A stretch of DNA of 27,232 nucleotides from a virus (lineage: Duplodnaviria; Caudoviricetes). The translations under genes were made by a program, and so were the position numbers. The notes beneath the pieces were generated by a model that saw only the letters and a list, made by a program, of their open reading frames with translations, searched no databases and was not told where the DNA came from. Positions 1-8,327 of the stretch are shown here, piece after piece (position 1 is the stretch's first letter; each line of letters opens with the position of its first letter). The stretch covers positions 1-27,232 of IMG/VR virus record IMGVR_UViG_3300011335_000529. One strand, given 5' to 3'.

Positions 1-2
1 AC

Positions 3-224
3 AGCCCAGAAACAACTACTAGAGACAGCGAGCCAGCTTATATTAGAGCTGCTAGAAACTGGTATAACGTCATCCTCTATTGCGCAAATGAAGACCTCAC
101 CAAAACTGAAGAAATTGAGCGAACTAGTGCTATCGGAATCTTCAACTTCCTTGCGTACAAAACAGATAAACGAAAAAAAGAAGAGCTCGCTCGTAAAAAG
201 ATGGAGCTCGAAAATAAAAGATAA
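3..224 (+). CDS. 3' end of a probable tail assembly chaperone (gpT-like frame), partial
   Basis: Manual translation of frame 3 is open from the window edge to TAA at 222-224: ...RNWYNVILYCANEDLTKTEEIERTSAIGIFNFLAYKTDKRKKEELARKKMELENKR*. It lies directly upstream of the tail genes, and frame 1 is also open over the same bases. Confidence 0.55.
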   Translation, partial: SPETTTRDSEPAYIRAARNWYNVILYCANEDLTKTEEIERTSAIGIFNFLAYKTDKRKKEELARKKMELENKR

Positions 225-230
225 ACTAAC

Positions 231-1712
231 ATGGCGATAACATCAGTACCATACAAACCAGTTTGGATTTCACCAGCCTATAATCCAATTATATGGTCAG
301 TGGCAAGTTCTAAAGTTAATTCAACAGACTTTAAATATGTCTTTGATATTTACGAAGTAGGCACAGCAACACCAATTCAAAGAATCAAGCAACGTGCAAA
401 TCCTGCAGGCTTTGGTATGATTGACATCTCGACCCTAGTGCAAGGTTACATCGATTCATCTAATAGAGATGCTGCGATGACTCAAGGTGAATTAACTATA
501 GACTATGATAATGGTAAAGTCTATAGCGATAATAATTTAATGTCAAACAAATACTTTGTAAAAGTAGGTGAAGAGTATACCTTTAACGGCGTAACACAAA
601 TTTATAATGGTGTTACAGACACGGCGGGAGAACCTAACTTTTTACTTTATTCAGGCAACACACAGAATGGAAATCTAACTACACCAGTTACAGTTTTTTG
701 TGCATCAATGACAGACCTTGAACAACAATGGCAGATGAGATCTACGTTTCAATCTGGTATTTTTGGTGGTAATCCATTCAATGCTAACACAAACTATGAC
801 CACAATATAGGCTTAGCACATCCACTAAACTATGCACCATTAACTCAAAGCATTTATCAGTTTGATAATGCAGTCCTAAGTTATTTAAACTGGACACCAA
901 TATCGGGTTCACAACCTTATGCAATCTTTGGCTTTCGCTTTAAAAGACTGGCAGCTAATGGTACAATTGTAAACACAACAGATGTGCCAATGTTAACTAG
1001 TTCTGGCTTTGCTCAAAGAGAACTATGCACTAACACAATTGGTACCACACTAGATGCTAAATATAGTTTAGTCCATGTTTTAGCTTCACCTGATAAATTA
1101 GCACAAGCTCTTGGTTGGTCACCAATCACTGCTGGTCAGACTATCTCTATTCAAGGATATAACCAATCGACTGGCTGTGAATTCAGCACGCCAGCAACAC
1201 AAGAATCACAATTCCAGATATTAGAGTACTGTCAGCCACTATACCCAAGAGTTAGACTATCATGGTTTAACACTTTAGGTGGTAGAGACTACATGAACTT
1301 TACAATGTTTACAGAAAAAACTATAAATACAACACAGAGCAATTATAACCAAGAGCAGATTGATTATTCATCAGCCCTTCCAGTTCCAGTTGCACAACCC
1401 AATACAGTGCCTTTTGGTAATGCGAGTGTTATTGGTGGTACAAAACCATACGCTAAACAAGCAGAGACTATGTATGCAATTCAAACAGATTGGTTACTAC
1501 AAGACGAGATTGATGTATTAGAAGGTTTAGTTAAATCACCACAAGTGTTGGCTTATATCAAAGATCCTAATAACACACAAGCGGATAATATTCCTTATAA
1601 CTGTACTATAACAAATACAAGTTATACTACAAAGAATGTTAGACAAACTAAAATGGTACAAGCATCTTTTACAATTAAATTAGCAATGTCTCAAAACATA
1701 CAAACAATATAA
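231..1712 (+). CDS. Tail structural protein (distal tail/baseplate-like)
   Basis: 493 aa ORF, beta-strand-rich and T/N/S-rich, with a C-terminal WFNTLGGRDYMNF...TDWL...SPQV segment I associate with Bacteroidota phage tail proteins. It abuts the large tail gene. Confidence 0.6.
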   Translation: MAITSVPYKPVWISPAYNPIIWSVASSKVNSTDFKYVFDIYEVGTATPIQRIKQRANPAGFGMIDISTLVQGYIDSSNRDAAMTQGELTIDYDNGKVYSDNNLMSNKYFVKVGEEYTFNGVTQIYNGVTDTAGEPNFLLYSGNTQNGNLTTPVTVFCASMTDLEQQWQMRSTFQSGIFGGNPFNANTNYDHNIGLAHPLNYAPLTQSIYQFDNAVLSYLNWTPISGSQPYAIFGFRFKRLAANGTIVNTTDVPMLTSSGFAQRELCTNTIGTTLDAKYSLVHVLASPDKLAQALGWSPITAGQTISIQGYNQSTGCEFSTPATQESQFQILEYCQPLYPRVRLSWFNTLGGRDYMNFTMFTEKTINTTQSNYNQEQIDYSSALPVPVAQPNTVPFGNASVIGGTKPYAKQAETMYAIQTDWLLQDEIDVLEGLVKSPQVLAYIKDPNNTQADNIPYNCTITNTSYTTKNVRQTKMVQASFTIKLAMSQNIQTI

Positions 1713-4700
1713 ATGGCTCAAGTACAACTTTACGCACAACAACAAAACAATGGCCAATACGTAGCGCTTGATCTTCATATTGAAGAACCAATCAAGTTAA
1801 ACTTGTCTGTGGCTAATATTATCGACCCAACTGCAACCAACTCTACATTCTCAAGAACATTTAGAGTACCTCATACTGCAGTTAATGGACCTTATTTTGA
1901 AGGTGTCTTTAATGTTAACTCACTAAACTTTGACGCTAGCAAAAAAGCAGATGCATACATTTTAGATAATGGTATCTTCTTTGAAAATGGTAATATCAGA
2001 CTTAATGCTATTAATGTAAACGGAAAAGACAATTCTGTTGAATATGAGATTACATTCTATGGAGCTACATCTGACTTTGGTTCAAAGATTGGTGGTGGCT
2101 TTATGAATGAGATTGACTTAACACAATACAACCACACTAAATCATGGGCTAATATTTCTGGCAGTTGGACCACAACGGGTGGTCTTTTTGATGGTAATGT
2201 TAGATATGGTTTGATTGAGTGGGGTTATACTTATAATGCTCAAAATCAACCAAATATCCCAACACTTTCAACAGGTTTTGCAAGGTCATTTACTAATATT
2301 GCTAATGCATATAAAAAGGACCAATGGAAACCACAGATTAGAGCAAAAGCTATATGGGATCAAATCTTTTTAGAAGCAGGTTACACATACGATTCAGTCT
2401 TTTTAGATTCTGAATTCTTTAAAAATCAATACATTATTTCTGACAATGTGGCTTCTGCTACTCTAAATAACTCAAACACATTTAGTGCAGAAAGAGGCGG
2501 CATTTATAATACAATTATTGGTCAAACATTTCCATGGATTACACCAATAGAAACTGAAGATCCTGGTAATAATTTTACACCAAGTTCTATAGATTCTGGT
2601 ATCTATACTGCGCCATCAACTGGTAACTATGATATGAATATGAAGGCCAGTGAAGTTGAATTCTATTTATACGGCGGAGGTCAAGACATTGTAGTTATTG
2701 GTTATGAAGCTAATGTAATAGATGCAGACACTGGTATATCTCTAAGCCAATATAACGATGACTGGACATTTAGTTCTAGTAATCCAGGTGGCCAAACTTT
2801 AGATGCTAACTTTAATTTATACTTACAAGCTGGTCAAAGAGTTAAATTTCAATTTAGAACTTTTGTTATATCAGGCCAAGTTTCTTTATATGGTACTAAC
2901 ATTCAATTTTATGGTCAAACTGTAGCTTGTACTTTAGCACCAGAAGTTTTATCTGTCAATGGTATTATGCCATCTAACATTAGAAAGATTGACTTTATGA
3001 AGTCTATCATCAACAGATATAAACTTGTTTTTGCACCATCAAAGTTTCAAGCTAATCACTTTACAATTACACCATGGAAAGACTGGGTTTTAGAAGGTCG
3101 ATCTAAAGATTGGACTACACGTCTTGATACATCTAAGGATATGGTTATCAAACCGCTTTTCTTTGATCAAGCCAGATTTCAAATCTATAAAGATCAAGAA
3201 GACTCAGACTACTTAAACTATAACTACCAATTAGGTATCAAACAAACCTTTGGTCAATTAAACTTGGACTCAACCAACGAATTGATCAAAGGAACTAAAG
3301 AATACAAAGATCAATTCTCACCAACACCTTTAGATGGTATTGGTTATATTACTGGCTCTGCATCAGAAACAGAGGCTGCCAACTTTTTAATACCACACAT
3401 AGCTAAAGATACTGGTGGTAATGGTGAATCAGTTGGTAACGTTTCTGTTGGTAAAAGAGAACCAATCCAACCTAAATTAAGATTAGTATTTTGGAATGGT
3501 ATGAGATCAGCGCCAATAACTTGGTATGCACAAACAGATACTGTTACACCAGCAACCATGTTTGATTATCCATTAATGAGTCAGTACTCAAATTTTCCAG
3601 TTACCTCGACAACCTTTGATTTAAACTGGGAAAACGAACTGCCTTTATATAACTATGAATTAATTTCAGGTGTACTAACCAATTCAAAAGCACAAACACC
3701 ATTTAGTTGTTTTAACACCTATTGGAAATCGTGGTATGATGTTACATTTGATCCATACTCAAGATTAGTAGAAGCTCATTTTGCATTAGACTATAATGAA
3801 ATCTTAGACTTAAAGTTTAATGATTATATCTTTGTAAAAGATGCATGGTATTTTGTTAACTCTGTCTCAGATTATGTTGCAGGCGAAACATCAAATTGTC
3901 GAGTACAATTAGTTAAGTTAGGTAATAATATTGGTATTACATTGCCAGTAGTTACACCACCAACTTATACAGCTTTTGAAACATGTTATACTCAAAACAA
4001 TTTATGTGCAGCTCATTGTTGCGCAGCATATGAAGGATCACAAAACGTCACCATTTACGCAAACGGTGCTACTCTAGTTGATTCTACTTTAGCTTATCAA
4101 GATTCTACTGGTGGTATTATTGCAGCACCTGGTTATTATTCTAATGCATCTGGCACTATATTTGTAAACTCTAACGGTGCAATCTTAGTGCAAGACACAA
4201 GCGCTTGTAACTGTGTACCTGTTTATTATACTTTTACAGTTTCTGTTAATACATCTGGTTGTGAAGTTTGTTGTAATAATGGACCAACAGTTGTTTTATA
4301 TGGAGCTAATCCTGTTTTTGAACAAAATGGTATTTTCTTTCAAGATCAATTATTAACTATACCAGCACCAGCAGGTTTTTATAAAGAGTCTGGAGCTACA
4401 TTTGCATTACAAGTAATACCAAACGGTACAGTTGTTAATAATTTCTTATGCTCAAACTGTAATTGCACAGTTTACTATCCATTTACTGTTTGTCAAGCTA
4501 ATACTTTATGTGACGCTTGTTGTTGCTTTGGTGGTACTTCAACAGTTTATGGTGAAAATGCAACCTTTGCTAACAACACTACACTTTATTTAGATAATAA
4601 TGGTGGTCAAAAAGTTACAAATGGTTTCTATAAATTTAATGACACAACAGTTGCACAAGTAACTGGTGGAGAAGGAGCTGTGACTGCCTTTGGTAATTGT

Positions 4701-7700
4701 ACTACATGTACACCATGTCCAGCAGGTCCTGTTGAGATTACAGTTAATGTATCTGCGCAAGTACCTGGTTATACTACATCAACTCTTTTACAAAAGTCTT
4801 ATGACAATGGTATAAATTGGGTAGATGTAGGCGCAGTAACTGTCGAAGCTTCTGATGCAGCAAACACACAAAAGAGCCAAATATTTACAACAGAACTTAA
4901 TGTTAGAGTTAGAGCTATTAGTTCTACAACAACATCAAATGGTAATATGCAAACTAATTATTACATTAATTTAGATGTGTTTGAAGATTCTGTGGCTTTA
5001 ACACCAACTACAAAAACCTTAACTATTCCATCGATAGTAACAGATGAATATACTTATGAGTTTAATAATATTGTAACTAACGGTGATCCTTTAGAAGGTG
5101 ATAAAATTGTAGTAGTTGGTCAATATGATGACTATCAAGGTGGTAGTACAATTGGATCTTTATTAGCAGTAGATGAAACAGATGCAGATGTAAATCTATC
5201 ATATAATACGGGTGTTGGTTTTACTGGTACTTCAGTTACAGCACCTCTTTTAAACTCAACTGCAACAGACGGTACTAGTTTATATGGCGGTATGGCTTTA
5301 ACAAGTAATTTGACTTTTAGAACATACTATAAAGATACTCAAATAACCAAATCTGTAATTAAACTTAATCAAGATGGTTCATTTGATACTACATTTGCAT
5401 CAAATTGGCCAGATAATATTGGACCTATACAAGCAGTTGTTCACATTGCAAATAATAAAGTATTTGCAAACAAATCAGGTCCGGTAATTATTGTTGGAGG
5501 TGGTTATCAATACAGCATAGTATCGACAGATTTAAATGGTGTAACAGACGCTGGATGGACATCTCCTACCATTATTAGCACATTAACTACGAATCCGATC
5601 AATAAAATTTTATTCTATAATAATTTATATTATATTTTTGGTGCATTTACTAGCGTAAATGGTACTACACGTAATAGAGTAGTTGTATTAAATACAAATG
5701 GTTCAGTTAACACAACTGAAAGTGATAAATTTGGTACTGCTTTTAGTGGTACCGTACAAGACGCATATATTTATGGTACAACTTTAATAGTCGGTGGTAG
5801 TTTTGCACAATATAAAGGTGTAGCATCAGGACCTCTTTTAGCTTTAGATATTACAACAGGAAATATTTTATCTGGATTTGTAGGAAGTACAACTGCACTA
5901 ATTATAAATGGTGTATTAGCAGATGCTAGTGGTATTTATGTTTCTAAACAAGTAGCAGCTGGAACTTGGAAAGGTACAAGTGTAGGCCCAGTATTTAAAT
6001 TAAATTATTCTGGTAATATTATTACTGCCTTTGTACAACCTACATTTACTACACAATCATATATTACAACAGCTTCAATGGCTGTAAATAGAATAGTATT
6101 TGACACAGATGGTAATATTTTAGTACCTGGTAGATTTAATAGAGTTAACACAAATACTTATGGTGGTCTAGTTAAATTAGATAAAACTAATGGTAGTATA
6201 GTTACTCAATTAAATGTAGGTAATGGTTTTACACAAATTATACCAAATAACTATACTTCTGTACCACCTACAATCACACATTTAACCGTTATTAATAACA
6301 ATTGTTATGTGAATGGTAACTATAGTTTATATAAAACAACTGAAAAGTATATTATATCTGTTATAGATCAATCAGGTGATTTAGTATCTGGCTTTAATTC
6401 TGGCACAGGTTTACGTGTTGCTTTATCGCCAACTACATTTAATATTGCACACGCTAACTATATAGGAGCAGATAGTTCTAACAATACTTATATTAGATTA
6501 ATAGGAGCTACCACAGTTGAACCTAATGTTAGCGCCGCACCAACTCCTTTAACAGGAACTCCTTTTTATTATAAAGGCACCATGCTAACTAGTGATGTTG
6601 CAAAAATTGATCAATATGGTAATTTAGACACTACTTTTAATACTAATATTAATAGTGTATCACCAATGACTAGTAGTCTATTTTTTAAAGTAATAAATGA
6701 TAAAATATACAGATACGGTACATATTTTCCAACATCTGGTACAGCAGTATCACAATTAGTTAGATACAATTTAGATGGTACTATAGATAATACGTTTACA
6801 CCTATAACTAGCGCCATTATTACAAGTGCTTTAAAAGATATAATTGAACATAATAGTTTATTATATTTAGTTTCTAATTTATTTACATATGCCGGAGGTT
6901 TGAGACAAATTTTAGTTGCAAATCTAGATGGTACTATTAATGCAACTGAAACTGCTAAATTTAATCGTTTTAGTACTGTAGCTCCTGCTGCTGATTTTGT
7001 AGCCCTAAAAGTTTATAATGATATTTTATACATTCTTTATAGTAATGGTAGTGCTACCAATGTTGTCTATAATAGCGTTGAATCAGCTAATATAATTGCA
7101 GCAAATCTATCAGATGGTACTGCAGTTAGTGGATTTACAACTAATAAAGGTTTTAGACAATATGTTCCATTAACTAGTTCATATTTAGGTGGTCTAGTTT
7201 ATTCATTTGATATCGATAGCACTGGAATTTATATTGCAAACCAACAAGGTACATTTAATAGTGTTGCTTGTAGTAAAGTTGCAAAGTTAGATTTTACTGG
7301 AAATATAATCAACACATTTGACATTGGAACTTTAGATACTTCAACACCAAATGTTATTGGTACAATTCTTTTAGATGGCAATAACTTATATGTAACTGGT
7401 ACTTTCTCAACAGTAGACGGCACTACTACTAAAGGTTTAGTTAAAGTAGATAAAACAACTGGAGATATAGTAACTGCTTTTGATGTTAACGCTGGTTTTA
7501 CATTCGATGCTACACAAGGTATTACTACTAGAACTAATGATTTAGTAATATTGCCAGGTGCAGGTATAACATTGTACCCAATTTTAATTGCATATAGTAA
7601 TGAAAATCCATGTGCTGCTTATTGCGCTACACCTAAATCAACTACAATTTATGGTAATGGTTTATCATTAATTGAATCTACTGTTTTATACACAGATGCT

Positions 7701-8258
7701 AATGGAACAATTCCTGCAGCTGCTGGTTGGTATTCTGATGGTGTTTCAATTGCACAAGTAGATGGTAATGGTATAATTATAGCTTTTGCAAATCCAGAAT
7801 CATGTAATTGTAATACTTTATATCAATTTGATGTACAATATGACGCTGAAATTTGTATAGCATGTGCAGTTACTGGCACACCTATTTCAACTACAGTATA
7901 TGGTTTAAACCCAAACTGGAGTTCAAATACAGTTTTATATTCAAACCTTGCAGGTACTACATTTGCCAACCCAGGTTATTATGTATATGGTAATGGAATT
8001 GTATTATATGTTACTAATAATGGATTTGTGCAATCAGGCAATGATTGTATACAAGCCTGTGGTTTTTCTAGCAATTGCGTTGCATATAGAATTACTAATA
8101 ATACAGCTTCGACAGTAAATTATACTTACTATACGTGTCTACAAGATATAGTATTTGGTACATTATTTGCATTCGAACAACATAATACTGGATGTGTTAT
8201 AGAAAATACAGTTTCAGTTCCGCAAGGTGTATCAGTAGTACAAACCGCTACATGCTAA
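1713..8258 (+). CDS. Large tail tip/hub protein with Cys-rich repeats and beta-propeller (delta-60/DUF5122-like) adhesin regions
   Basis: 2181 aa ORF. The N-terminal ~740 aa look like a tail hub (FSRTFRVPHT...N..YF), followed by five ~80 aa Cys-rich repeats and recurring LNxDGxxDxxF-type blade motifs. Confidence 0.75.
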   Translation: MAQVQLYAQQQNNGQYVALDLHIEEPIKLNLSVANIIDPTATNSTFSRTFRVPHTAVNGPYFEGVFNVNSLNFDASKKADAYILDNGIFFENGNIRLNAINVNGKDNSVEYEITFYGATSDFGSKIGGGFMNEIDLTQYNHTKSWANISGSWTTTGGLFDGNVRYGLIEWGYTYNAQNQPNIPTLSTGFARSFTNIANAYKKDQWKPQIRAKAIWDQIFLEAGYTYDSVFLDSEFFKNQYIISDNVASATLNNSNTFSAERGGIYNTIIGQTFPWITPIETEDPGNNFTPSSIDSGIYTAPSTGNYDMNMKASEVEFYLYGGGQDIVVIGYEANVIDADTGISLSQYNDDWTFSSSNPGGQTLDANFNLYLQAGQRVKFQFRTFVISGQVSLYGTNIQFYGQTVACTLAPEVLSVNGIMPSNIRKIDFMKSIINRYKLVFAPSKFQANHFTITPWKDWVLEGRSKDWTTRLDTSKDMVIKPLFFDQARFQIYKDQEDSDYLNYNYQLGIKQTFGQLNLDSTNELIKGTKEYKDQFSPTPLDGIGYITGSASETEAANFLIPHIAKDTGGNGESVGNVSVGKREPIQPKLRLVFWNGMRSAPITWYAQTDTVTPATMFDYPLMSQYSNFPVTSTTFDLNWENELPLYNYELISGVLTNSKAQTPFSCFNTYWKSWYDVTFDPYSRLVEAHFALDYNEILDLKFNDYIFVKDAWYFVNSVSDYVAGETSNCRVQLVKLGNNIGITLPVVTPPTYTAFETCYTQNNLCAAHCCAAYEGSQNVTIYANGATLVDSTLAYQDSTGGIIAAPGYYSNASGTIFVNSNGAILVQDTSACNCVPVYYTFTVSVNTSGCEVCCNNGPTVVLYGANPVFEQNGIFFQDQLLTIPAPAGFYKESGATFALQVIPNGTVVNNFLCSNCNCTVYYPFTVCQANTLCDACCCFGGTSTVYGENATFANNTTLYLDNNGGQKVTNGFYKFNDTTVAQVTGGEGAVTAFGNCTTCTPCPAGPVEITVNVSAQVPGYTTSTLLQKSYDNGINWVDVGAVTVEASDAANTQKSQIFTTELNVRVRAISSTTTSNGNMQTNYYINLDVFEDSVALTPTTKTLTIPSIVTDEYTYEFNNIVTNGDPLEGDKIVVVGQYDDYQGGSTIGSLLAVDETDADVNLSYNTGVGFTGTSVTAPLLNSTATDGTSLYGGMALTSNLTFRTYYKDTQITKSVIKLNQDGSFDTTFASNWPDNIGPIQAVVHIANNKVFANKSGPVIIVGGGYQYSIVSTDLNGVTDAGWTSPTIISTLTTNPINKILFYNNLYYIFGAFTSVNGTTRNRVVVLNTNGSVNTTESDKFGTAFSGTVQDAYIYGTTLIVGGSFAQYKGVASGPLLALDITTGNILSGFVGSTTALIINGVLADASGIYVSKQVAAGTWKGTSVGPVFKLNYSGNIITAFVQPTFTTQSYITTASMAVNRIVFDTDGNILVPGRFNRVNTNTYGGLVKLDKTNGSIVTQLNVGNGFTQIIPNNYTSVPPTITHLTVINNNCYVNGNYSLYKTTEKYIISVIDQSGDLVSGFNSGTGLRVALSPTTFNIAHANYIGADSSNNTYIRLIGATTVEPNVSAAPTPLTGTPFYYKGTMLTSDVAKIDQYGNLDTTFNTNINSVSPMTSSLFFKVINDKIYRYGTYFPTSGTAVSQLVRYNLDGTIDNTFTPITSAIITSALKDIIEHNSLLYLVSNLFTYAGGLRQILVANLDGTINATETAKFNRFSTVAPAADFVALKVYNDILYILYSNGSATNVVYNSVESANIIAANLSDGTAVSGFTTNKGFRQYVPLTSSYLGGLVYSFDIDSTGIYIANQQGTFNSVACSKVAKLDFTGNIINTFDIGTLDTSTPNVIGTILLDGNNLYVTGTFSTVDGTTTKGLVKVDKTTGDIVTAFDVNAGFTFDATQGITTRTNDLVILPGAGITLYPILIAYSNENPCAAYCATPKSTTIYGNGLSLIESTVLYTDANGTIPAAAGWYSDGVSIAQVDGNGIIIAFANPESCNCNTLYQFDVQYDAEICIACAVTGTPISTTVYGLNPNWSSNTVLYSNLAGTTFANPGYYVYGNGIVLYVTNNGFVQSGNDCIQACGFSSNCVAYRITNNTASTVNYTYYTCLQDIVFGTLFAFEQHNTGCVIENTVSVPQGVSVVQTATC

Positions 8259-8266
8259 AAAACTTT

Positions 8267-8296
8267 AAGAAGAGGCTTTCAAAATGCCTCTTCTTT
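8267..8296 (+). terminator. Stem-loop after the large tail gene (possible intrinsic terminator)
   Basis: AAGAAGAGGC-tttcaaaat-GCCTCTTCTT forms a perfect 10 bp stem; the T tract is weak. Confidence 0.6.
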
Positions 8297-8319
8297 ATAT
8301 TTATAATTATAAAAAGATT
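8277..8319 (+). promoter_or_regulatory. Putative late promoter (TTTCA-N15-ATATTTA) for the tape measure block
   Basis: Same spacing as three other sites with one mismatch. Bases 8296-8319 are identical to 17023-17046 (TATATTTATAATTATAAAAAGATT). Confidence 0.65.
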
Positions 8320-8327
8320 TATATAAC

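Noticed and set aside
3344-7423. Short minus-strand ORFs at 3344-3559, 6611-6817 and 7229-7423
   Set aside because: They lie wholly antisense to the 2181 aa tail gene, with no recognisable motifs or start context; codon-bias shadows.
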